A stretch of DNA of 48,856 nt from a virus (lineage: Duplodnaviria > Caudoviricetes). The notes below the pieces were generated by a model that did no database searches, was not told the DNA's origin, and saw only the letters and a list, made by a program, of their open reading frames with translations. This document shows, piece by piece, positions 39,170 through 47,103 of the stretch. The translations under genes were made by a program, and so were the position numbers. Location of the stretch: positions 1 to 48,856 of the IMG/VR virus record IMGVR_UViG_3300036825_000040. One strand, given 5' to 3'. Within the stretch, counting starts at the first letter, position 1; each line of letters opens with the position of its first letter.

Positions 39170-39571
39170 CATGCAGATTTACAGCGTCAATGACCTGTTA
39201 AGACCCCCACACGAAAACGTGCTGTATCACCGGGTGCGATCCGGTCGGTGAGAGAGTATCCCCGCGCGAGAGCGAGAACGGCGTGAGAACGGGCAACACT
39301 GGCAGGAATTTGGCGCTGATTCAACTTAGAGGAGTGATTCCAATGAAGCACTAAAGCGGACAGACCGCACCTTGATGCCTTCTCAGGCAGCGTGACGACG
39401 GCGTTAATACGGTCGGGTTCCCACGGCGGCGTAGTGAGGGAAAGGAGGCGTTAAGCATCACTGAGTTACCGGTTAGCGCCCGGTTAACGCGCAAGCAGCT
39501 TTAAAGGTGACCGGGCGACCGGCGCTGGCCACTGCGAGAGTGTGGCGAAGTGCTTTGGGCTGGCAGACGGT

Positions 39572-39615
39572 TATCAGCTAGTTGGTGAGGTAATGGCTCA
39601 CCAAGGCGACGACGG
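39572..39615 (+). other. 16S rRNA helix 11-like segment
   Basis: TATCAGCTAGTTGGTGAGGTAATGGCTCACCAAGGCGACGACGG; the core matches 33 of 37 nt of recalled E. coli 16S positions 246-282 with pairing conserved. Confidence 0.85.
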
Positions 39616-39695
39616 CCTTCCCTGCTGCGTGAAAGTGGGGAGCCAGCACCAAAGCATTTCTCCCGCATCAGCGGGTAACGACAGAGGGTAAGGCG

Positions 39696-39914
39696 ATGGA
39701 ACCAGAATATTTCTGCACAATTACTTGCGAAACCACCTTAACGCATCTTTTCAGGGAGGATATCAACTATGAAGTCTTTCTGATTGACGGTGATTACTTT
39801 GTGGATGACCAGGAAAACAACCAAAAAGAAGTTTTCAAATCTGATTACAACGAAAACGTCTGGCTCACTACTGATGGCAAAAGCGCTCGGTTCATCGAGT
39901 GCAACGCGAGATAG
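39696..39914 (+). CDS. Acidic hypothetical protein, first gene of the pL operon (not N-like)
   Basis: 72 aa, acidic, with no arginine-rich motif. Confidence 0.65.
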   Translation: MEPEYFCTITCETTLTHLFREDINYEVFLIDGDYFVDDQENNQKEVFKSDYNENVWLTTDGKSARFIECNAR

Positions 39915-39916
39915 CA

Positions 39917-39938
39917 ACCCGCTCCGGCGGGTTTTTTA
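39917..39938 (+). terminator. tL1-like intrinsic terminator
   Basis: AACCCGC-TCCG-GCGGGTTTTTT. Confidence 0.85.
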
Positions 39939-40062
39939 TCGGCCATACATAGGCAGATTTTCGAGTCTGCCCATTTATGACAACCGGCGGCCATCCACCG
40001 CCCATTAGCGCAGAAGTCTTGTATTAACCGTTCCGTTCGCCGCGATAAGGCCAAGAGGATTT

Positions 40063-40320
40063 ATGAATAACAAAACTGGCGGTCCAGCTTTTCCACAATC
40101 AGGTGTATGTACTCCTGAAATTCACTCATGGGATGGCGAAGATTTTGGTGGTCGTGGAATAAGCATACGTGACTACTTCGCGGCTAAGGCTATGCAGTCT
40201 GCATTGTTAACTTCGAAGCCCGAGAATCCGCAGGGACGAATGGATATTTTTGCTCAATCAGTAGCTGAAATCTCTTACGAGATGGCTGACGCAATGCTCC
40301 GCGCCCGGGAGGCATCATGA
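40063..40320 (+). CDS. Conserved phage hypothetical protein
   Basis: GGPAFP..GISIRDYFAAKAMQ..MADAML motif. Confidence 0.75.
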   Translation: MNNKTGGPAFPQSGVCTPEIHSWDGEDFGGRGISIRDYFAAKAMQSALLTSKPENPQGRMDIFAQSVAEISYEMADAMLRAREAS

Positions 40321-40481
40321 CAGTCACCCACAACGGCAAGAAGTACACCGTAAAGCGCTGCGCCCTGAACAATAACGAATGGCGGTTAACGTCGCTCACC
40401 AATCCGCGCGAACAGGTCACACTGAACCGCTGGCAGATGCACGTTGCTGGATTACTGGCTCAGGTGGAGGGTAAAAAATGA
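40317..40481 (+). CDS. 54-aa hypothetical protein
   Basis: MTVTHNGKKYTVKRCALNNNEWRLTSL... with overlaps at both ends. Confidence 0.65.
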   Translation: MTVTHNGKKYTVKRCALNNNEWRLTSLTNPREQVTLNRWQMHVAGLLAQVEGKK

Positions 40482-40687
40482 TGCACCACTACGGCACTAC
40501 CCCGCTCATTCGCCAATGCGTCACGCCCGGCATGATGGCAATGCATGAAGGCCGAACCTATCGCGTCTCAGCAGTCATTCAGGAGCGCAAATGGGTGTAC
40601 CTGCACACCGATGCAGAAATTATCCGCCTCAGTGACTGCGTGATTGACGTCCTTCTGGACGGTCACGGCAACCCTATCCAGCACTAA
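40478..40687 (+). CDS. kilR: KilR-like cell division inhibitor
   Basis: HHYGT..RQCVTPG..HEGRTY matches the recalled Rac KilR sequence. Confidence 0.75.
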   Translation: MMHHYGTTPLIRQCVTPGMMAMHEGRTYRVSAVIQERKWVYLHTDAEIIRLSDCVIDVLLDGHGNPIQH

Positions 40688-40757
40688 CCACCCTATTCAA
40701 CCGATCGGCCTGGCATTACGCGGGCGGGATCTGCACATCCAAATTTCAGGAGAAACC

Positions 40758-41672
40758 ATGAGCGAAGTAACGGACTTAGTCGTCATTGAGAAACAGAACG
40801 CAATGGCGGTATTCACCACCAAAGAGCAGCTCGACCCCATTATTGAGGCGATCGAGAAAGAAGCTCGCAGCCTGGTGCCGGATGTGTCGACCCGTAAAGG
40901 CCGCGACGCTATCGCATCCATGGCGCATAAGGTTGCCCGTTCCAAAACCTACATCGACAACGCCGGCAAGGATCTGGTTGCTGAGCTTAAGGCCCTGCCG
41001 AAGCAGATCGACGAAAGCCGCCGGATTGTGCGTGAGCGGCTGGACGCGCTGAAGGATGAAGTGCGCAAACCACTCACCGAATGGGAAGCCGAGCAGGAAC
41101 GCATTAAGGCTGAAGAAGCCATGAACGCGCTGCACGCCGAAGCGCTGGAAATGAACGAAGAGTTCGACCGCCAGCGTGCCGCGCAGATCGAAGCAGACCA
41201 CGAAATGGCTCTGCTGATGAATGACAAGTTTGACCGTGACCGCGAAGAGCAGCGCCGCCAGGCGGAACAGGCTCAACGAGAGCACGAAGAGCGACTGAAG
41301 CAGGAAGCGGCAGAACAAGCCCGCCGCGATGCCGAAGCGAAGCACAAAGCTGAGATTGAAGCCGCAGCACGCCGTGCAGAGCTGGCTGAACGACAGCGCG
41401 TCGAAGCGGAGCAGCGCGCAACACGCGAAAAAGAAGAAGCCGTTGCTGCAGAACGCCGCCGCCAGGAAAAGGAAAAAGCCGACCATCTGGCCAAAGAGCA
41501 GCGTAAAGCTGAAGAAGAAGCGCGCCGCGCCGCAGACAAAGAGCACCGCCGAACCGTCAACCGTCGTGTCTACGCAGACCTGATTGCTCAGGGCATCCCC
41601 GAAGAATTCGCGCAGAAAGCAGTGCTAGCTATCGCTGGCGGCAAAGTGCAGGACGTGCACATCAAATATTGA
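40758..41672 (+). CDS. Phage coiled-coil protein
   Basis: E/A/R/K-rich 304 aa located upstream of the recombination genes. Confidence 0.75.
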   Translation: MSEVTDLVVIEKQNAMAVFTTKEQLDPIIEAIEKEARSLVPDVSTRKGRDAIASMAHKVARSKTYIDNAGKDLVAELKALPKQIDESRRIVRERLDALKDEVRKPLTEWEAEQERIKAEEAMNALHAEALEMNEEFDRQRAAQIEADHEMALLMNDKFDRDREEQRRQAEQAQREHEERLKQEAAEQARRDAEAKHKAEIEAAARRAELAERQRVEAEQRATREKEEAVAAERRRQEKEKADHLAKEQRKAEEEARRAADKEHRRTVNRRVYADLIAQGIPEEFAQKAVLAIAGGKVQDVHIKY

Positions 41673-41679
41673 GGCAACC

Positions 41680-41964
41680 ATGAACGCATACCTCACTTAC
41701 GAACGAATCGAAGATCGGCGCTGGGCTGAACAGCAGCTCACCGACGAGAAAGAGAAGTGGATCGACGACCGGGCGCAGCAAATCATCGAAATGATGCCGA
41801 AAGAACCGTCCGGCCTCTTCCACTTCTCGGTCCCGATTCACAACACACCTTACTCCGGACTTCGCAGCGATAAAGCTGGCGAGGCCTACAACGATTTCAT
41901 TTCGGCAGTTGCTTACGCCCAGGCTGAATACGACTGGGATCACCGTACCGGCTGCCCGTTTTAA
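41680..41964 (+). CDS. Gam-like host nuclease inhibitor
   Basis: MNAYLTYERIE..W start resembles lambda Gam; directly precedes bet and exo. Confidence 0.6.
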   Translation: MNAYLTYERIEDRRWAEQQLTDEKEKWIDDRAQQIIEMMPKEPSGLFHFSVPIHNTPYSGLRSDKAGEAYNDFISAVAYAQAEYDWDHRTGCPF

Positions 41965-41982
41965 TTTTTGAGGGGATTAACG

Positions 41983-42828
41983 ATGGCAAACGAATTAACA
42001 ATCACAGCGAGCGCGCTGCAGGAAAAAGGCATCGACGTCGCTACGTGGAGCGCACTGAAGAACAGCATCTACCCGGGCGCCAAAGACGAATCGGTAATGA
42101 TGGCGCTTGATTATTGCCGCGCCCGTCAACTTGATCCGTTACTGAAGCCCGTTCACCTCGTGCCGATGAGCGTCAAAGACTCGAGAACAGGTAAAAGCGA
42201 ATGGCGCGACGTGGTCATGCCGGGTATCGGCCTTTACCGCATCCAGGCGGACCGCTCCGGAGATTATGCCGGGGCCCGCGAATCAGAGTTCGGTCCAGAC
42301 ACGACGCAGACGCTTTCTGGTGTCGAGGTGACCTTTCCTCAGTGGTGCAAATACACCGTTTACAAGCGCATGCCCAGCGGAGAGATCGTCGAGTTCAGCG
42401 CCAAAGAATACTGGATTGAAAACTACGCCACCGGCGGCCGCGACACCACGGCGCCGAACGCGATGTGGAAAAAGCGCCCGTATGGACAACTGGCGAAATG
42501 CGCAGAAGCGCAGGCGTTGCGTAAGGCTTGGCCCGAGATCGGACAGCAGCCTACCGCCGAAGAAATGGAAGGCAAATCACTGGACGTAGATATCCGTGAT
42601 GTCACGCCGCGCAGCACCACAGAAGCGCTTCGACCAGCAGCAAGCGAAGAAACGCTTCAGGCGATCACCGATCTCTTAACGACCCTGGATAAAGACTGGG
42701 AGAAAGACTTCCTCCCACTGTGCAGCGACATCTTCAAACGGCAAATTCTTGAGGCGTCAGAACTCACTGAAGAAGAGGCACAGAAAGGGTTTGGCTTCCT
42801 TCAGAAAAGGGCTAAGGCGGCAGCATGA
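41983..42828 (+). CDS. bet: Single-strand annealing protein Bet/RecT
   Basis: [12 protein letters not shown] and [24 protein letters not shown] motifs. Confidence 0.9.
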   Translation: MANELTITASALQEKGIDVATWSALKNSIYPGAKDESVMMALDYCRARQLDPLLKPVHLVPMSVKDSRTGKSEWRDVVMPGIGLYRIQADRSGDYAGARESEFGPDTTQTLSGVEVTFPQWCKYTVYKRMPSGEIVEFSAKEYWIENYATGGRDTTAPNAMWKKRPYGQLAKCAEAQALRKAWPEIGQQPTAEEMEGKSLDVDIRDVTPRSTTEALRPAASEETLQAITDLLTTLDKDWEKDFLPLCSDIFKRQILEASELTEEEAQKGFGFLQKRAKAAA

Positions 42829-43505
42829 CACCAGAAATTATCCTGTCCCGGACCGGCATTGACGTAACCACTATCCAACAGGGCGATGAGGCGTGGCACA
42901 GGCTGCGACTCGGCGTCATTACTGCCTCTGAAGTGCACAACGTCATTTCCAAGCCAAGATCTGGGAAGAAGTGGACAGACATGAAAATGTCCTACCTCCA
43001 CACCCTACTCGCCGAGGTATGCACCGGCGTAGCGCCAGAGGTTAACGCCAAGGCGCTGGCCTGGGGAAAGCAGTACGAGGAAGACGCCCGCACCCTCTTC
43101 GAGTTCACCACCGACGTGAAAGTCACGGAGTCTCCGATCCTGTTCCGTGACGAGAGCATGCGCACCGCGTGCTCCCCTGACGGCTTGTGCAGTAACGGAT
43201 TCGGCCTTGAGCTTAAATGCCCTTTCACCTCACGCGACTTTATGAAGTTCCGCCTTGGCGGCTTTGAAGCAATCAAGTCTGCGTACATGGCCCAGGTGCA
43301 GTACAGCATTTTGGTTACCGGAAAAGATGCCTGGTTCTTTGCAAACTATGACCCGCGCATGAAGCGCGAAGGCATTCACCATGTCGTCGTTGAGCGCGAT
43401 CAACAGTACATGACCGATTTCAACGAAATGGTGCCGGAATTCATCGAGAAGATGGACGAGTCGCTGGCGGAGATCGGTTTCACGTTTGGCGAACAATGGA
43501 GGTAA
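42825..43505 (+). CDS. exo: Lambda-type exonuclease
   Basis: [19 protein letters not shown] and ELKCP motifs; 226 aa. Confidence 0.95.
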   Translation: MTPEIILSRTGIDVTTIQQGDEAWHRLRLGVITASEVHNVISKPRSGKKWTDMKMSYLHTLLAEVCTGVAPEVNAKALAWGKQYEEDARTLFEFTTDVKVTESPILFRDESMRTACSPDGLCSNGFGLELKCPFTSRDFMKFRLGGFEAIKSAYMAQVQYSILVTGKDAWFFANYDPRMKREGIHHVVVERDQQYMTDFNEMVPEFIEKMDESLAEIGFTFGEQWR

Positions 43506-43507
43506 CA

Positions 43508-43972
43508 ATGGGTGCCAATCACTGGCAGCCGTGGGAAAACCTGTTCCTGCATGAAGTTGCCGGCCAGATGCCCGTCCCATTGATTGCCGAAAAACTTGAA
43601 AGGACCGAGCGCGCCGTTTACACCCAGGGGGCACGCCTCGATGTGAAATTCACGGGCAATACCAACTGTAGGAAGTGGACAAAAGCAGAGCTGTTTCTGT
43701 TTGGCCGGTTCACTCCTGAAGAAATCGCAGCGGCAACCGGCCGCTCTATCCACTCCGTGCGCAGCAAGCGCAACTCACTTGCCCGATCGGCAGGAGGAAA
43801 AGTCATGCCTGAATGGACTACCGAAGAGCTGGCCCTGCTGTGGCGACACTCAAACGCTGAAGTCGCAGCGATTACCGGCCGCAGCATTGATGAGGTCGGA
43901 GATAAGCGGCTTCAAACCAATATTGAGCGTAATGGTTGGGATGTTAACGATCCGGAGCGTGAGGAAGAATGA
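43508..43972 (+). CDS. Protein with three Myb-like/HTH repeats
   Basis: Repeated W-T-x-x-E-L...IA...GRS units. Confidence 0.65.
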   Translation: MGANHWQPWENLFLHEVAGQMPVPLIAEKLERTERAVYTQGARLDVKFTGNTNCRKWTKAELFLFGRFTPEEIAAATGRSIHSVRSKRNSLARSAGGKVMPEWTTEELALLWRHSNAEVAAITGRSIDEVGDKRLQTNIERNGWDVNDPEREEE

Positions 43973-44520
43973 CCGATTACACCGGCAGCAACACGCCAGC
44001 GGATCAACGCGACCTCTGGCGCACTCCAGCAGCCCTTTTCGCTTCCCTTGATGCTGAGTTTTGCTTCCAGCTGGATGCCGCCGCGGCGCCGCATAACGCC
44101 CTTTGCCGCAAGTTCATCACCGCCGAGCAGAACACGCTGGAAACGCCATGGGCTGATTACCTGAGCATTCCCGGCTACGTCTGGCTGAACCCGCCATACA
44201 GCGACATCACCCCTTTCGTGAAGAAGGCTGCAGCCGAGAGCGCCAACCAGATCGGCACGGTTATGCTTGTACCCGCTGACACTTCGGTTGGCTGGTTTAA
44301 GGAGGCTATCCAGACCGCCAGCGAGGTTCGCTTCATCACTGCCGGACGGCTGGCATTTATCAACCCGGTCACCGGTAAGCCGTTAAGCGGCAACAACAAA
44401 GGGTCGATGCTCATCATCTGGCGACCGTATCCGCGTACACACTGCCACTTCGCAACTGTGGACCGGGACGAGCTGATGGCTTTCGGGGCGAAACTTCTCG
44501 CCCGCCGGGAGGCCGCATGA
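43969..44520 (+). CDS. Phage DNA N6-adenine methyltransferase
   Basis: DLWRTP, LDAAA, WLNPPYS and GRLAF motifs. Confidence 0.9.
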   Translation: MTDYTGSNTPADQRDLWRTPAALFASLDAEFCFQLDAAAAPHNALCRKFITAEQNTLETPWADYLSIPGYVWLNPPYSDITPFVKKAAAESANQIGTVMLVPADTSVGWFKEAIQTASEVRFITAGRLAFINPVTGKPLSGNNKGSMLIIWRPYPRTHCHFATVDRDELMAFGAKLLARREAA

Positions 44521-44735
44521 CGCCAGAAACAGACAACGCCATCCGCGCCGCCTGCCGCCGTTGCACCGAGGAAATCCAGCAGGCCATGCGCAAGAAGCCA
44601 AAGCCTAACTGGAACGAAACGGTGCCCCCCATCATCAACAAGCATCACAAGAAAATTGAAGCTCTGGGAGTTAGCCTCCTGGAGTTCGTCGTCAAAACTG
44701 GCCGCCTTAACGGGCGGTTTGGAGCCGAACAATGA
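44517..44735 (+). CDS. Hypothetical phage protein
   Basis: 72 aa with ATGA overlaps. Confidence 0.65.
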   Translation: MTPETDNAIRAACRRCTEEIQQAMRKKPKPNWNETVPPIINKHHKKIEALGVSLLEFVVKTGRLNGRFGAEQ

Positions 44736-45040
44736 CAACAGAATTTAAAGCCCTGCCCGTCGAGCGCGATCAATACGGTTACTGGACTCACCCGCTTTAC
44801 GATGAGTTTTGCGATGGCCGCGAATCCATTTCACCTGATGAGTTTAACGCCTGGCTGGATAAGAACAGGCTCGAATGGACGGTAATTTACCGCGATGAGG
44901 ACGACGCTGATCCAGATGTTGACGGCTATAACATTTCGGCTTGGCAGCCAGAAACACCTGCCGGCGATGGTTGGTTTGTCGGTTCAATTCACGACACGGA
45001 AGATGGCGCGGTCTGCATCTGGCTAAGGGCGAAGCCGTAA
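44732..45040 (+). CDS. Hypothetical phage protein
   Basis: RDQYGYWTHP and GWFVGSIHDTEDG motifs. Confidence 0.7.
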   Translation: MTTEFKALPVERDQYGYWTHPLYDEFCDGRESISPDEFNAWLDKNRLEWTVIYRDEDDADPDVDGYNISAWQPETPAGDGWFVGSIHDTEDGAVCIWLRAKP

Positions 45041-45131
45041 TGGTGATATTTAAAACTCGGGAGCTTATGGCTCCCTTTTTATTGCTGGCGTTCACCTTCA
45101 ACCGAATTAACCGACAGTTCGCGGAGTGACT

Positions 45132-45278
45132 ATGGAAGAAATGACACAAGAATTTAAAGACTGGTACGAAAAAGAAACTGGGTGGTGTGTAGAAGATGCA
45201 CCCTCACACGATGTTACTGCGCTTATCTGGCTGGCATGGAAAGCCGGAAAAAAGGCTGGTGGAGACTTGAAGGGGTGA
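45132..45278 (+). CDS. 48-aa hypothetical protein
   Basis: GGAG SD followed by MEEMTQEFKDWYEKETGWC...WLAWKAG. Confidence 0.55.
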   Translation: MEEMTQEFKDWYEKETGWCVEDAPSHDVTALIWLAWKAGKKAGGDLKG

Positions 45279-45281
45279 ATC

Positions 45282-45500
45282 ATGGACATCATCGATACAG
45301 CAGCAGAGATTGAAGAGCTTCAGCGTAACGCAGCCCTTTCCGCTCACCGGCTGAACCGCAACGCCATATCAGCTGAGCGTTGTGAAGAATGCGGGGAAGA
45401 CATCCCGGCGCCTCGGCGCGCTGCCGTTCCAGGCTGCCAGACGTGCGCCAGTTGCCAGGAAGAGATCGAACTCAAGAATAAGCAGAGGGGGATCCAGTGA
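45282..45500 (+). CDS. TraR/DksA-type C4 zinc-finger protein
   Basis: N-terminal DxxDxA (DIIDTA) and CEECGEDIP..RR..PGCQTCASCQ. Confidence 0.9.
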   Translation: MDIIDTAAEIEELQRNAALSAHRLNRNAISAERCEECGEDIPAPRRAAVPGCQTCASCQEEIELKNKQRGIQ

Positions 45501-46246
45501 AAGAGCGCGGAATGATTTTTAACGCCGAGATGGTTCGCGCCATTCTCGATGGCAGGAAGGCGCAGACCCGGTGTGTTATGAAACCTCAACCTGAACCTTG
45601 TCCGCCACCACGTGGCGGGAACTGGTGGCCCAGCAACGTTTTCAAAACAATGCTTCACATTGAAGAAGAAATGCAGAACGGCAAAGGCGGCTGGGGCGGT
45701 CTGGTCGGCGACGCGTGCCCGTTCGGCGACGTCGGCGATCGTATATGGGTGCGGGAGACGTGGGGTGTAGTGAGTCATGAACTGAATGAGGACGGTCGCA
45801 TTCAGCCATGGAACCCTGACAGACCTGCCACAGCCATTCACGAAATGCCGTTTGGTAATGGTTACTACTCTGGTCACGCTATTTACGCAGCAGATGGAGA
45901 ATTTACCTGGGGTGATGACGATGGCTATGAAGATGGCCGTTCGTGCTGGAAGCCATCTATCCACATGCCTCGCGCAGCCTGTCGCATTCTGCTGGAAGTT
46001 ACCGGCCTTCGGGTGGAGCGGTTGAATAGTATCAGCCAGGAGGATGCGCGAGCTGAAGGCATGGAGCTTACCGGATGGCGGCCAACATATTCTGACCCAG
46101 ATAGTGGCGGTGAAGTATGGACTCCATATGACAATTTTGCGCAACTGTGGGAATCCATCTATGGCGAAGGAAGCTGGCAGGCCAACCCTTGGGTATGGGT
46201 AATCGAATTTAAGGTGGTGCCCAATGTTCAGGATAATCCAGCCTAA
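45497..46246 (+). CDS. ASCH/PUA-like phage protein
   Basis: MVRAILDGRK, GDRIWVRETW, WKPSIHMPR and NPWVWVIEF motifs. Confidence 0.7.
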   Translation: MKERGMIFNAEMVRAILDGRKAQTRCVMKPQPEPCPPPRGGNWWPSNVFKTMLHIEEEMQNGKGGWGGLVGDACPFGDVGDRIWVRETWGVVSHELNEDGRIQPWNPDRPATAIHEMPFGNGYYSGHAIYAADGEFTWGDDDGYEDGRSCWKPSIHMPRAACRILLEVTGLRVERLNSISQEDARAEGMELTGWRPTYSDPDSGGEVWTPYDNFAQLWESIYGEGSWQANPWVWVIEFKVVPNVQDNPA

Positions 46247-46464
46247 TACCTGGTACGCCGATCCCCACGGCGCGCCCTGCAAAAATCATCCGCGCTACAC
46301 ACGAAGTCATCCACTACCTACGCAACGGTCGCACCTGCATCGCCAGCATGGGCCGCTTTCAGCACGAATTCGAGCCGCTGACCAAAGCACAGGCCGAGCG
46401 GATCGCCGAAGAAATCGAAACAGCAGAAAACCTGAAGAAACTGCGCGCCCAGCGCGCGGCGTAA
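46224..46464 (+). pseudogene. Frameshifted small phage gene
   Basis: Length is 3n+1; removing one A from the run at 46281..46285 gives a 79-aa ORF (..PCKIIRATHEVIHYLRNG..AQRAA). Confidence 0.6.
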
Positions 46465-46472
46465 GGAGAACT

Positions 46473-46703
46473 ATGAGCACCATTCAGGACATCAGAAACC
46501 AACTTTCAAATCTGGTAACCGAGGCGCACAAGGTTGCGTGCTCCCTCAAAATTGGTGATGAGAGAACGGAAGCATTTGAGCTTTACGAAGCGCTTCGACG
46601 ACTTCAGCGGCAGGGAGCCGCCGGAGAGATTCTCTCAGCAACTAACCCACTTCTCGCCTCGCCATATTACGACGAGGACTGGGACGAAGATGAAGACGAC
46701 TGA
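46473..46703 (+). CDS. 76-aa hypothetical protein with acidic tail
   Basis: AAGGAG SD followed by MSTIQDIRNQLS. Confidence 0.7.
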   Translation: MSTIQDIRNQLSNLVTEAHKVACSLKIGDERTEAFELYEALRRLQRQGAAGEILSATNPLLASPYYDEDWDEDEDD

Positions 46704-46767
46704 CGCAACTGATAGCCAGTTATGAGCTGGCTATTGGGTGCGAAAGCACTGCTCCGTTATCCCTTTT

Positions 46768-46794
46768 GCCCGGCCCCGCGCCGGGCTTCTTTTT
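46768..46794 (+). terminator. Intrinsic terminator upstream of the xis/int region
   Basis: GCCCGGC-CCCGC-GCCGGGCTTCTTTTT. Confidence 0.7.
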
Positions 46795-46805
46795 GGGAGT
46801 TAACC

Positions 46806-46922
46806 ATGCAATCAAACCCCGTACTCAAGTTCATCGGCGCGCTTATCGCCCTTGGCGCTCTCATCTCATTTATTCACGAACCGGAAGGTGTGCAATGGCT
46901 GCTTTTAATGTGGGCGCATTAG
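46806..46922 (+). CDS. 38-aa hydrophobic peptide
   Basis: GGAG SD followed by MQSNPVLKFIGALIALGALISFIHEPEGVQWLLLMWAH. Confidence 0.5.
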   Translation: MQSNPVLKFIGALIALGALISFIHEPEGVQWLLLMWAH

Positions 46923-47095
46923 TCCAGAAGAAGACCGGCGGTATCCATGGCGTGGTGGATAGCCAACTGGAGCCGGAAGGCGATCACCCGAAGGCCTGGG
47001 TGCGTTGGGATGACGGCAATTATTCAGTGCACGCGGAAAACGAATTACGCGCGGCCACGCCAGACGGCCCGCAGTTTTATAAAACGATGTCATAG
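46895..47095 (+). CDS. 66-aa SH3-like small protein
   Basis: FNVGALVQKKTGG..AWVRWDDG. Confidence 0.6.
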   Translation: MAAFNVGALVQKKTGGIHGVVDSQLEPEGDHPKAWVRWDDGNYSVHAENELRAATPDGPQFYKTMS

Positions 47096-47103
47096 GAGCG
47101 ACC

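Larger units (their letters stand above)
39098..39695 (+). ncRNA. Long structured pL leader RNA with boxA-like site and rRNA-like modules
   Basis: No ORF of 60 aa or more in about 600 nt; closed stems at 39182..39318, 39373..39460, 39469..39522 and 39547..39660. Confidence 0.7.

Noticed and set aside
39275-39288. AGAACGGCGTGAGA resembling 23S H93 (AGAACGTCGTGAGA)
   Set aside because: Only 14 nt, and the mismatch breaks the H93 stem, so chance is likely.
39098-39330. HK022-type put antitermination RNA
   Set aside because: I could not find the recalled putL two-stem sequence pattern; only short words such as GAACGGCG are shared.
39572-39615. A real 16S rRNA gene or assembly chimera
   Set aside because: Similarity is confined to one helix, and the flanks pair with each other as a non-ribosomal stem inside a coherent phage leader.
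32470-40018. Shared 11-mer GCGCAGAAGTC at 32470 and 40008 (also TTCAGGCTCCG at 32491, inverted at 29980)
   Set aside because: Many 11-mer repeats are expected by chance in 49 kb, and there is no further support.
40758-41672. TolA-like envelope protein
   Set aside because: The resemblance is low-complexity E/A/K/R coiled coil only, with no TM anchor.
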